This document shows positions 9,210-18,210 of a stretch of 35,504 nt of DNA, in pieces (the first letter of the stretch is position 1; every line of letters begins with the position of its first letter). The notes beneath the pieces are model-generated. The model searched no databases. It was not told the origin of the DNA and was given only the letters and a program-made list of their open reading frames with translations. The stretch covers positions 1 through 35,504 of the forward strand of contig JAUWIE010000063.1 of the NCBI GenBank assembly GCA_030605515.1. The letters are read 5' to 3'. The position numbers and the translations under genes are program-made. The DNA comes from Thermoplasmatota archaeon. Lineage in GTDB: Archaea; Thermoplasmatota; E2; DHVEG-1.

Positions 9210-10246
9210 TTATACTATTCAAAATTGCTTTTATTGGATTTGGAACTGTTGGTCAGGGATTGTGTGAGATATTACTTGAAAAAAAAGATATGCTAGAAAA
9301 AAAATATGGTTTTAATTACACTGTAGTTGCGATCTCAGACATTATGAAAGGATCAGTTTATGACAAAAACGGTTTGGATGTAGCAAAGATATTAAACCTT
9401 GTTAAAAACGGTAAGAAATTAGATGAATACCCCACTGGTATTAAGGGTATGGATAGTTTAGCTACTATCAAAGAAACCAATGCTAATACAATTGTGGAGG
9501 TTACTTTTACTGATGTAAAAACAGGTGAGCCAGCTCTTACTCATATTAAAACAGCATTATCTACTGGTAAAAATGTTGTATCTACAAATAAGGGCCCTGT
9601 GATAAAGAAAGCTCTTAATCTTTTAGATATAGCGGATTCTAATAATGTAAATTATGGGTTTGAAGGAGTTGTTTTAGCTGGTACTCCAGTGTTGAATCTA
9701 GCTAAATATACCCTTGCTGGAAACATAATTAGTGGTTTTAAAGGAATTCTAAATGGTACTACAAACTATATTCTCACTAGGATGGAAGAGGGTATGTCTT
9801 ATGATTCTGCATTGAAAAAAGCACAGGAACTTGGTTACGCAGAAGCTGATCCAACGGGTGATGTAGAAGGCTGGGATGCCCTTGGTAAAGTAGTAATTTT
9901 ATCAAATATAGTACTTGGAAAGAAACTAAGCTTGGAGGATGTAAAAAGAGAAGGAATAACCGGAATTTCAATAGATGATATCAAAAAAGCAAAAGCAGAG
10001 GGAAAACGCTGGAAGCTAATAGGATCTGCAGAGGTGCAAACCGATGGCTCCGTAAAAGCAAAGGTCTCACCAGAAAAACTATCTTTTAGTGATCCATTAG
10101 CAGGTGTTTGCGAGGCTGTTAATGCATTGACATACTTTACTGATGAACTAGGGCCTGTTACAATTATTGGACCTGGTGCAGGTCGCCGTGAAACAGGTTT
10201 TTCATTGCTAATTGATCTTTTAGAGATAAACCGGAAATCAAAATAA
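9209..10246 (+). CDS. hom: Homoserine dehydrogenase, probably starting at ATT/ATA
   Basis: The tracked ORF starts at TTG 9260, inside the dinucleotide-binding motif. The frame is open from 9200 and encodes KIAFIGFGTVGQG upstream. GGAGG (9199-9203) lies 5 nt before ATT 9209. The rest is typical of the family (LNGTTNYILT, GYAEADPTGDVEGWDA). Confidence 0.8.
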   Translation: MILFKIAFIGFGTVGQGLCEILLEKKDMLEKKYGFNYTVVAISDIMKGSVYDKNGLDVAKILNLVKNGKKLDEYPTGIKGMDSLATIKETNANTIVEVTFTDVKTGEPALTHIKTALSTGKNVVSTNKGPVIKKALNLLDIADSNNVNYGFEGVVLAGTPVLNLAKYTLAGNIISGFKGILNGTTNYILTRMEEGMSYDSALKKAQELGYAEADPTGDVEGWDALGKVVILSNIVLGKKLSLEDVKREGITGISIDDIKKAKAEGKRWKLIGSAEVQTDGSVKAKVSPEKLSFSDPLAGVCEAVNALTYFTDELGPVTIIGPGAGRRETGFSLLIDLLEINRKSK

Positions 10247-10270
10247 TAATGAGGTAAATGGTGAAAAGCT

Positions 10271-12103
10271 ATGAGTGGTGGATACACTGGGAAAATGCTT
10301 ATAATTGATCTTAACAAGTGTACTACCGCTGTAGAAAACACAGATATAACTGCTGCAAAAAGTTTTATTGGAGCTAAAGGACTTGGAGCTAAAATTCTTT
10401 TTGATAGACTACCAAAAGGAACTGATCCACTTTCACCAGAAAACATTTTGATGTTTACAACCGGGCCTCTTACAGGTACCCGGGCTCAGACTTCTGGCCG
10501 TGGAACCGTGGTTACAAAATCTCCACAGACCGGTCTTTTTTTAGATTCCCATTTTGGTGGTATTTTTGCTGCTGAGATGAAAAAAGCAGGTTGGGATTTT
10601 ATAATCATACATGGTCGATCAAAATCTCCTATTTATATTGTGATAAAAGATGATATTGTTGAATTTAAAGATGCATCAATGATATGGGATGAGGAATGCT
10701 TTGAAATGCATAACCGGCTTCAGAGAAATGAAGGACCAGTGAAAACAGCTGTCATAGGACCTGCTGGTATTAACCTTGTTAAGTTTTCAGCTATCACAAT
10801 CGATGGACATCGACATGCAGGTCGTGGTGGATCAGGTGCTGTGATGGGTTCAAAAAACCTCAAAGCAGTTGCTGTATCTGGTAGTGGTAAGATTCCTTTG
10901 CATAAAACTGATGAATTCCAAAAACAAGCAAGTGATGTTTTAAAGAGAATTCAAGAAAATGATTTTGTACCTGTTAGACGAAAATATGGGACTTCTTATT
11001 GGGTGAAAATCATTAACGATGAAGGTTTCATTCCGACGAGGAATTATCAAGAGGGTTTTTTCGAACATGGTGAAAAAATAAATGCTGAGACAATGCAGAA
11101 AAAAATTGTAGATGGCTCAGGAGCTTGTTATAATTGTGTGATTGCCTGTTGGAATAAATCATCAATTAAATCAGGGCCATATCGTGGTGTTTCACTGATA
11201 GGACCTGAATATGAGACACTTGCACTTATGGGCTCAAATTTAGGTATAAGCTCGATTGAGGATGTAGCATATCTAAATAGTAGATGCAATGAACTTGGTA
11301 TGGATACAATCTCATTAGGAGGAGTGCTTGGATTTGCAATAGAAGCCTATGAAAAAGGAATACTTACAATTGATGACTTAAATTTTAATAATATCGGCTG
11401 GGGATTAACAGAGGAACTCTCAAAGCTTATAGATGATATTGCTTATCGAAGAGGAAAAGCTGGTGAGATACTTGCAGAGGGAGTAAAAATCGCAGCTGAA
11501 AAACTCAAAAACAATGCTGAGAAGTTTTCAGTACATGTAAAAGGAATGGAAATACCAGGGTATGATCCAAGGGGAACATTTGGTATGGGACTTGCTTATG
11601 CAACGTCTGATAGAGGTGGATGTCATCAGAGAGCATGGACTGTTAAAGCTGAGCTTTATGATCCTGAACTAGAGCGTTTTTCATTTAAAAATAAAGCAAA
11701 GATTGTAAAAGATGCACAGGATGAACGAGCAGCGTTTTTTTCACTTGTGCTTTGTGATTTCGCACCAATATCTGAACAGGATTGTGTTGATATGTTAAAT
11801 CTTGCAACAGGATTTGATCACACAGTTGATAGTTATCTCTTGGCTGGTGAGCGAATATGGAATCTTATACGCTTATTTAATCTCCGGGAGGGGTTGAATA
11901 CAGCTGATGATAAGCTACCATCCAGATTCTTTGATGATCCATTTACAGTTGGTCCTGCAAAAGACGTTGTTTTATCAAGGAAAGAGTTTCAACAGAGCCT
12001 TGAGGAGTACTATTCTATCCGTGGATGGAATTCAAAGGGTATTCCAACTGTTAAAAAACTTAAAGAACTTGGTTTGACAAATTACATAAAATCAACAAGT
12101 TGA
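10271..12103 (+). CDS. aor: Aldehyde:ferredoxin oxidoreductase family (tungstopterin enzyme)
   Basis: 610 aa with an AOR-type N-terminus (GYTGKMLIIDLN...GAKGLGAKIL...TGPLTG) and family motifs (SDRGGCHQRAW, CDF). GGTGA lies 6 nt before the ATG. Confidence 0.88.
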   Translation: MSGGYTGKMLIIDLNKCTTAVENTDITAAKSFIGAKGLGAKILFDRLPKGTDPLSPENILMFTTGPLTGTRAQTSGRGTVVTKSPQTGLFLDSHFGGIFAAEMKKAGWDFIIIHGRSKSPIYIVIKDDIVEFKDASMIWDEECFEMHNRLQRNEGPVKTAVIGPAGINLVKFSAITIDGHRHAGRGGSGAVMGSKNLKAVAVSGSGKIPLHKTDEFQKQASDVLKRIQENDFVPVRRKYGTSYWVKIINDEGFIPTRNYQEGFFEHGEKINAETMQKKIVDGSGACYNCVIACWNKSSIKSGPYRGVSLIGPEYETLALMGSNLGISSIEDVAYLNSRCNELGMDTISLGGVLGFAIEAYEKGILTIDDLNFNNIGWGLTEELSKLIDDIAYRRGKAGEILAEGVKIAAEKLKNNAEKFSVHVKGMEIPGYDPRGTFGMGLAYATSDRGGCHQRAWTVKAELYDPELERFSFKNKAKIVKDAQDERAAFFSLVLCDFAPISEQDCVDMLNLATGFDHTVDSYLLAGERIWNLIRLFNLREGLNTADDKLPSRFFDDPFTVGPAKDVVLSRKEFQQSLEEYYSIRGWNSKGIPTVKKLKELGLTNYIKSTS

Positions 12104-12124
12104 ATAATATTTGGTGATAAAAAT

Positions 12125-13282
12125 ATGATACAGTTAAGTAAAGGAGCAGATCGAATATATGGAGAAGCAGCATTTGAAGTACTAGCAAAAGCTCAGGAAT
12201 TAGAACGAAAGGGAAAAAGCATTCTTCATTTTGAAATCGGTGAGCCTGATATGGAAACACCGGATAACATTGCTAAAGCAGGGATAAAGGCAATACAGGA
12301 TAAAAAAACACATTATGTGCCATCAATTGGATTATTGGAGCTTAGAAAATCAGTGCAGGATGAAATAGAGAAAACCCGTGGGTATAGACCTGACCTAGAA
12401 CAGGTTGTTATCACCCCAGGTCTTAAACCAGGTATATTTTTTTCTATGCTAGCAATAATTAATCAAGGTGATGAGGTTATTTATCAGGATCCAGGGTATC
12501 CAACATATGGATCAGTAACTTCTTTTATTGGTGGAAAAAGTATTCCTATCCCTCTCCTGGAAGAAAACGAGTTCCGTATGAACCCTGATGATATAAAAGA
12601 TAAAATCACTGGGAAAACAAAGCTTATCATCATAAACTCTCCTCAGAATCCAACTGGATCAGTTATGACAAAATCTGAGTTGGAGGATATAGCCATGCTT
12701 GCTGAAGAACATGATATTTATATTGTATCAGATGAGATTTATTCAAAGATGACATATGATACAAATCATTATACTCCAACTAGTAGAGATGAAGCAAAAA
12801 AAAGATCTGTGCTTTTGGATGGATTCTCTAAGTATTATGCTATGACTGGCTGGCGATTGGGATATATGATAGCTCCAAAAAAGATGGCTGAGCGGCTTCA
12901 GGATTTTCTAGTAAGTGCTGTGTCATGTACCGCTGCTTTTACACAATGGGCTGGTGTAGAAGCATTAACAGGTAATCAAAGTTTTATTTCTGAGATGATG
13001 ACAAGATTCAAAGAAAAAAGAGATACAATAGTAAAAGGTCTGAACACTATTCCTGGTTTTAAATGCCTCTTTCCAAAAGGAGCATTTTATGCTTTTCCAA
13101 ATATCAAAGAAACAGGGATGAATTCCCAAGAATGCGCTGATCATCTACTCTACAAAGCAGGTGTAGCCGCTTTACCAGGAACTGCTTTTGGTCCTTATGG
13201 TGAAGGATACCTAAGGTTTTCTTATGCAACAACTCTTGAAAACATTGACATCGCTATAAATAAAATTAAAGAATCATTTTAA
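12125..13282 (+). CDS. Class I/II PLP-dependent aminotransferase (aspartate/aromatic aminotransferase-like)
   Basis: 385 aa containing INSPQNPTG and the PLP-lysine region (GFSKYYAMTGWRLGY). Confidence 0.88.
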   Translation: MIQLSKGADRIYGEAAFEVLAKAQELERKGKSILHFEIGEPDMETPDNIAKAGIKAIQDKKTHYVPSIGLLELRKSVQDEIEKTRGYRPDLEQVVITPGLKPGIFFSMLAIINQGDEVIYQDPGYPTYGSVTSFIGGKSIPIPLLEENEFRMNPDDIKDKITGKTKLIIINSPQNPTGSVMTKSELEDIAMLAEEHDIYIVSDEIYSKMTYDTNHYTPTSRDEAKKRSVLLDGFSKYYAMTGWRLGYMIAPKKMAERLQDFLVSAVSCTAAFTQWAGVEALTGNQSFISEMMTRFKEKRDTIVKGLNTIPGFKCLFPKGAFYAFPNIKETGMNSQECADHLLYKAGVAALPGTAFGPYGEGYLRFSYATTLENIDIAINKIKESF

Positions 13283-13699
13283 AAAATAATTATTCAATCT
13301 TCTTTGTTTTAAAGCTTCCTTAATTACACATTCTGTATGATATAAGCACTTATAATTTATGTAGATTTTGACATAAAGATATATTAATCAACAGCATTAA
13401 AATAGTTATAACTATCATATGTATAAACAGGAACAACAAGAAAAGATAGGACAAAACACACTGCCAAATCATTGACTGTTGCAGACTGGGTGTGATATGA
13501 CTGAATTTCGCGCGCTGTACATCTAGACGCACATGCTTTTTATCATGTGTAGTTTACATTATTCTTTTCAAGAGTATTAATTGCTGTTTTCACAAATTTA
13601 CTTAGTCTATATATATTGTATGAACCGACATTGTAACAATCATTGGTATGGTGAGTTTGATAATGGCTTTTTTAGGGTATCCACGTTGGGTTTTTGACT

Positions 13700-13750
13700 T
13701 CCTCAGTCTCAGACTTATCTGTTGTGTGTTTTCTTGTCACGGACTGAGGA
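13700..13750. repeat. Inverted repeat / potential stem-loop in the long spacer upstream of hdrC
   Basis: TCCTCAGTC (13700-13708) is the exact reverse complement of GACTGAGGA (13742-13750). The intervening loop is 33 nt. Confidence 0.5.
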
Positions 13751-13888
13751 TAAAGACAAATGTTATTTCAATATTGTGATAATTTAATAATAGAAATGAG
13801 GATTTTGTGTTAGGGGCCTTAAGTCTCAGTAGATTTTAAATAAGTAAATTAGATAAAAGGATTGCAAAATTATCTGTAGATTCCAAAA

Positions 13889-13898
13889 CTATATATAG
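13889..13898 (+). promoter_or_regulatory. TATA-like element, candidate promoter of the hdr operon (leaderless or very short leader)
   Basis: CTATATATAG sits inside the 14-bp palindrome AACTATATATAGTT. It is centred about 22 nt upstream of the hdrC ATG at 13916, and no SD motif lies between. Confidence 0.35.
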
Positions 13899-13915
13899 TT
13901 AACAATTGTTAATTC

Positions 13916-14458
13916 ATGAGTGGTATATTAATGAGCATAGTAGATTTGACTTCTATGGGGAAGTCTCAAACTGAGCTGAGAAAAGAAATCAATGGGCAGT
14001 TATCAAAACTGCAAGATGAAATCTCAGATTACTGTTTTCAATGTGCAAAATGTACCGCTGGTTGTGAGGCTCATAAACTGCTTGAACTTGAGCCTCATAA
14101 AATGGTTGCTCTTTTGAAACGTGGATTGATCGACGAGATGGTAAACTCTGATATCATCTGGACTTGTATGAGCTGTTTTAAATGCCGTGAGCGGTGTCCG
14201 CAACGCGTAGCTCCTGTTGAGATTTTATTTGCCTTGAAAAACATGGCTGTTGTCAGCGGTAAGCAGATTCCTGGGAAATATACAGCAATGTTACAATCGA
14301 TTCTTTCTATTGGCCTAATCCAAGATGTGCAAGAGGTTACCACTCGAGATAATAAAACAATGAAACGAGATGAACTAGGTCTTCCTTCTCTTTCAAAACC
14401 ATGTGATCCCGCAAAGTTTCAGGTAGGATTAACGAAAATAGCAGTTGAAAAAGTATAG
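13916..14458 (+). CDS. hdrC: Heterodisulfide reductase subunit C-like (two [4Fe-4S] motifs)
   Basis: 180 aa with CFQCAKCTAGC and CMSCFKCRERCP separated by about 35 aa. It sits directly upstream of hdrB. Confidence 0.85.
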   Translation: MSGILMSIVDLTSMGKSQTELRKEINGQLSKLQDEISDYCFQCAKCTAGCEAHKLLELEPHKMVALLKRGLIDEMVNSDIIWTCMSCFKCRERCPQRVAPVEILFALKNMAVVSGKQIPGKYTAMLQSILSIGLIQDVQEVTTRDNKTMKRDELGLPSLSKPCDPAKFQVGLTKIAVEKV

Positions 14459-14467
14459 AGGTCGATT

Positions 14468-15337
14468 ATGAAAAAGAAATATGCATTGTACCCAGGTTGT
14501 CTGATGCCAACAGAACAGTATGCATATGAACTCTCTATACGGGAGAGTTTGCCGTTGTTAGATATTGAACTGGTGGATATCGACGGTTTTTCTTGTTGCG
14601 GTGAACCAATGAAAAGTGTGAATCGGTTACTTACATTGTATCTCTCAGCGCGTAACCTTGCTCTTGCTGAGAAACACAAGCTTGATTTATTTATTCCCTG
14701 TGCAATGTGTCATCTTGCATTGAGTGAATGCAGACACATACTAGGTAATAATCCAGAGATGAAAAAAAGAATTAATGGAATGCTTGCCTCTGAAGAGTTG
14801 ACCTATAAGGGCACGGGTGAAATTGTTCATACGGTTGATTTGTTACATGACCTTGTTGGTGTTGAGACAATTAAACAACGAGTTAAGAAACCAATGAAAG
14901 GGATAAAGCTTGCCACACATTATGGCTGTCATTTAATCCGTCCGACTGAAATCGGGCGTCCAGTGGATTCTGAGCATCCTATGAAGATGGAAGCGATTCT
15001 TGAGGCATTGGAAGCTGAAACTGTTGATTACCCGGAGAAACTGGATTGTTGTGGTGGTATCCTGCAGATCAATCTCCCTGAATCAGCTTTGACGAAGACA
15101 GGGCAGAAACTGAAAGCAGTTCAGGAGCACGGGTTTGACGGTTTTGTTGATGTATGTCCATGGTGTCATAAAATGTTTGACTCGCGGCAGAGTAAAGCTG
15201 GTGAAACGGTTGCAGCGAAGCTGGATGTCCCGGTGTTTTATTTGACACAGTTACTTGGTTTAGCGCTTGGTGTTAAGAAGGAAAAACTTGGTTTGGAGTT
15301 GAATTTGAGTCCAGTGGATAAACTAGAGTTTGGATAG
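14468..15337 (+). CDS. hdrB: Heterodisulfide reductase subunit B-like (two CCG domains)
   Basis: 289 aa with two cysteine-rich CCG motifs: ...GFSCCGEP...CAMCH and ...LDCCGG...CPWCH. Confidence 0.87.
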   Translation: MKKKYALYPGCLMPTEQYAYELSIRESLPLLDIELVDIDGFSCCGEPMKSVNRLLTLYLSARNLALAEKHKLDLFIPCAMCHLALSECRHILGNNPEMKKRINGMLASEELTYKGTGEIVHTVDLLHDLVGVETIKQRVKKPMKGIKLATHYGCHLIRPTEIGRPVDSEHPMKMEAILEALEAETVDYPEKLDCCGGILQINLPESALTKTGQKLKAVQEHGFDGFVDVCPWCHKMFDSRQSKAGETVAAKLDVPVFYLTQLLGLALGVKKEKLGLELNLSPVDKLEFG

Positions 15338-15356
15338 TGTTAGTGGAGTATAGTGT

Positions 15357-17315
15357 ATGCGTCGGATTGGTGTGTTTGTCTGCCATTGCGGTATCAATAT
15401 TGCCCAGAATGTTGATGTTGAAGCGTTAACAAAGTATGCTAGTAAGCTTGATGATGTAGTAGTAAGTAAGCAGTACAAGTATATGTGTTCCGATGTTGGC
15501 GCTACTCTTATTAAGGACTCGATTAAAGAACATCAGCTTGATGGTGTTGTAGTTGCATGTTGTTCCCCGCGGATGCATGAGCATACATTCCGTGAGGTTG
15601 TCAACGATGGTGGGGTGAACCCATATCGTTTAGAGATTGCTAATATACGTGAGCAGTGTTCTTGGGTACATGGCGATCGTGGTAAGTCGACGGAGAAAGC
15701 AAAGTTTCTTGTAAGAAGTGCGGTGGCTAAGGCGAAATTGCTTGAGCCGCTGGAAACGTCGACGCTTGAGGTGAACCCCGATGCATTGGTAATTGGTGGT
15801 GGCATCGCAGGTATCCAGGCATCGCTTGATCTAGCGAATGATGGTTTTAAAGTGTATCTTGTTGAGCGTGAGCCTAGTATCGGTGGGCGGATGTCGCAGC
15901 TTGATAAAACGTTTCCTACGCTTGATTGTTCGTCGTGTATTTTGACTCCGAAGATGATGGAAGTTGGGAATCATCCAAATATTGATCTCTTAACATATGT
16001 TGAGGTTACAGGTGTTGAGGGCAGTATTGGAAATTATACTGTTAAGGTACGAAAGAAACCACGGTATGTTGATGTGGATAAATGTACTGGTTGTGGTGAT
16101 TGTGCTGCAGCCTGCCGGCTTAAGGGAAGGATTTCTAGTGAGTTTGACATGGGCATGGGTAAACGTGGTGCAGCGTATATGCCATTCCCGCAGGCAGTGC
16201 CTTTGAAATATACGATTGATGCAGAGCATTGTCTCTTTCTAACACGTGGTAAATGTGGTGACAAGCCTGCCTGCAGGGAAGCATGTGTGCAGAAGGCGAT
16301 TGATTTTGATCAAAAAGAAGAACTAGTTGATTTAAAAGTCGGCGCGATTGTGGTAACAACTGGTTATGACCTCTTGAATCCTGAAGATCTGTACGAGTAT
16401 GGATATGCAGTTTCACCTGATGTAATTACCACCCTTGAACTAGAACGACTCATTAGTTCATCTGGACCGACAAAAGGTGAAATCTTACGTCCATCCGATC
16501 AGCAGAAACCCAAGAGTGTAACTTTTATTCTTTGTGTTGGCTCCCGTGATGAAACCCAGTGTACCTGGTGCTGTCGTATTGGATGTATGAGTGCGTTGAA
16601 ACATGTGTATCTTTTGCGCGAAAAACTAGGTGACGATGTCGAAATCAACTTATGCTATACCGATATTCGATCCTACGGCAAAGGATATGAGGAGTTTTAT
16701 CGCAAGGTGCGCGGGTTAAAAACAAACATGTTCCGTGGAATACCCTCTGAAGTACAAAATATGGGAGATCATCAGAAAATTGATATTTTTGATACAACAA
16801 CAAATAAACTCTTTGAAATTAAAACAGATATGGTAGTACTAGTTCCTGCATTGGTGCCACGTTCTGATGCAGCTGATTTTGCAAGGTTACTTCATTTGAC
16901 ACAGAGCGGCGACGGGTTCTTTTTGGAGGCTCATCCGAAGTTGCGGCCGATGGATACGTTTGTGAATGGTATTTTTATTGCGGGATGCTGTCAAGGACCA
17001 AAAGATATCCAGGATACAGTATCACAGGCAAGTGGTGCTGCTTCACGTGTGGCAACTATTCTTTCTAAAAAAGAATTAGAAATAGATCCGCTAATAGCTG
17101 CGGTTGATGAAGAGGCATGTACAGGTTGCGGTATCTGTGTCGATGTATGTCCGTACGAAGCACGTGTCCTAAATGAGAAAGCCAAGATTGCTGAGGTGAA
17201 CGAGGCGTTGTGTACTGGTTGTGGTGCGTGTATTGCTGCGTGTCCGAGTAACGCGTCTATTCATAAGAACTTTACAAAAAAACAGTTCTTGAACATGGTT
17301 GATGACATTTTATGA
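15357..17315 (+). CDS. hdrA: Heterodisulfide reductase subunit A (canonical single-module architecture)
   Basis: 652 aa with the N-terminal Cys domain ([13 protein letters not shown]...CCSPRMHE) and FAD fold (VIGGGIAGIQASLDLA). It also has the inserted ferredoxin (CTGCGDCAAAC...), CVGSRD...CC, and a C-terminal 2x[4Fe-4S] (CTGCGICVDVCP, CTGCGACIAACP). Confidence 0.9.
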   Translation: MRRIGVFVCHCGINIAQNVDVEALTKYASKLDDVVVSKQYKYMCSDVGATLIKDSIKEHQLDGVVVACCSPRMHEHTFREVVNDGGVNPYRLEIANIREQCSWVHGDRGKSTEKAKFLVRSAVAKAKLLEPLETSTLEVNPDALVIGGGIAGIQASLDLANDGFKVYLVEREPSIGGRMSQLDKTFPTLDCSSCILTPKMMEVGNHPNIDLLTYVEVTGVEGSIGNYTVKVRKKPRYVDVDKCTGCGDCAAACRLKGRISSEFDMGMGKRGAAYMPFPQAVPLKYTIDAEHCLFLTRGKCGDKPACREACVQKAIDFDQKEELVDLKVGAIVVTTGYDLLNPEDLYEYGYAVSPDVITTLELERLISSSGPTKGEILRPSDQQKPKSVTFILCVGSRDETQCTWCCRIGCMSALKHVYLLREKLGDDVEINLCYTDIRSYGKGYEEFYRKVRGLKTNMFRGIPSEVQNMGDHQKIDIFDTTTNKLFEIKTDMVVLVPALVPRSDAADFARLLHLTQSGDGFFLEAHPKLRPMDTFVNGIFIAGCCQGPKDIQDTVSQASGAASRVATILSKKELEIDPLIAAVDEEACTGCGICVDVCPYEARVLNEKAKIAEVNEALCTGCGACIAACPSNASIHKNFTKKQFLNMVDDIL

Positions 17316-17325
17316 GAGTTAGATT

Positions 17326-18210
17326 ATGAAAGATGATAAGACTATCTCGATGGCTGCTGCTGAAAAACATGGGTCAGTGTTAGTCATCGGTGGTGGTATC
17401 TCTGGTATTCAATCTGCACTTGATCTTGCTAATTCAGGATTTAAAGTGTATGTGCTAGAAGAAAAACCAGCTATTGGTGGCGTGATGTCGCAGCTTGATA
17501 AAACGTTCCCTACGAATGATTGTTCTATGTGTATTATGTCGCCTAAGCTTGTTGATGTAGGCCGTCATCCAAATATCGAGCTTATTACCTTCTCAGAATT
17601 AAAAGATATCACAGGCAAAGTAGGCAATTTCAAAGTTAAAATACTTAAAAAACCACGTTATGTGGATGGAGAGAAATGTACCGGTTGTGGAGTATGCATA
17701 GAAAATTGTCCGGTATTGTTCCAGCCGCAGATCCCTGAAAAACCGAAAGAACCGTCTCAGGTGAGAGACCAGGTGTATATCGATGAACTGATTTCCAAGT
17801 ATTCCTATTATGAAGCACCGTTGATTCAAATTATGCTGGAAGTAAACAAGAAATATAGATATCTCCCAAGGGATGTACTAGAATATCTCTCTTTTAAACT
17901 TGATACCGCGCTTAGCACCATTTATAGAGTGGCTACTTTCTATAAGACATTTAGTCTTGAACCTCTAGGCAAGTACCATATCAAGATATGCCTAGGTACC
18001 GCCTGTCATGTTAGAGGTGCCAGAAATATTGTTGATAAAGTTAAAGACGCAATAGATGCTGCTGAAGAAGGTCTCTTCTCGCTAGAAACTGTTAACTGCC
18101 TTGGTGCCTGTGCTCTTGGCCCTATTATGATGGTGAACGAAGAGGTTCATGGGCACATGACCGTTGATAAAGTCGATGAGATCATAACGTCTTTGGAGGG
18201 AATTAAATGA
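17326..18210 (+). CDS. Fusion of an N-terminal HdrA FAD-domain fragment (aa 1-130) with a NuoE/HoxE-type [2Fe-2S] thioredoxin-like domain (aa ~150-294)
   Basis: The N-terminus ([50 protein letters not shown]...[14 protein letters not shown]) stops right after the first Cys motif of the HdrA inserted ferredoxin. The C-terminus carries the NuoE Cys pattern (ICLGTAC ... NCLGAC). Confidence 0.85.
   Translation: MKDDKTISMAAAEKHGSVLVIGGGISGIQSALDLANSGFKVYVLEEKPAIGGVMSQLDKTFPTNDCSMCIMSPKLVDVGRHPNIELITFSELKDITGKVGNFKVKILKKPRYVDGEKCTGCGVCIENCPVLFQPQIPEKPKEPSQVRDQVYIDELISKYSYYEAPLIQIMLEVNKKYRYLPRDVLEYLSFKLDTALSTIYRVATFYKTFSLEPLGKYHIKICLGTACHVRGARNIVDKVKDAIDAAEEGLFSLETVNCLGACALGPIMMVNEEVHGHMTVDKVDEIITSLEGIK

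Noticed and set aside
9835-10446. A 203-aa minus-strand ORF spanning the hom/aor junction
   Set aside because: It is antisense to two well-supported genes, has an S/P-rich low-complexity translation, and shows no start context.
13350-13532. A 60-aa minus-strand ORF in the long spacer upstream of hdrC
   Set aside because: It has no SD and a hydrophobic, low-complexity translation at the minimum reported length. It sits in an AT-rich region where such ORFs arise by chance.
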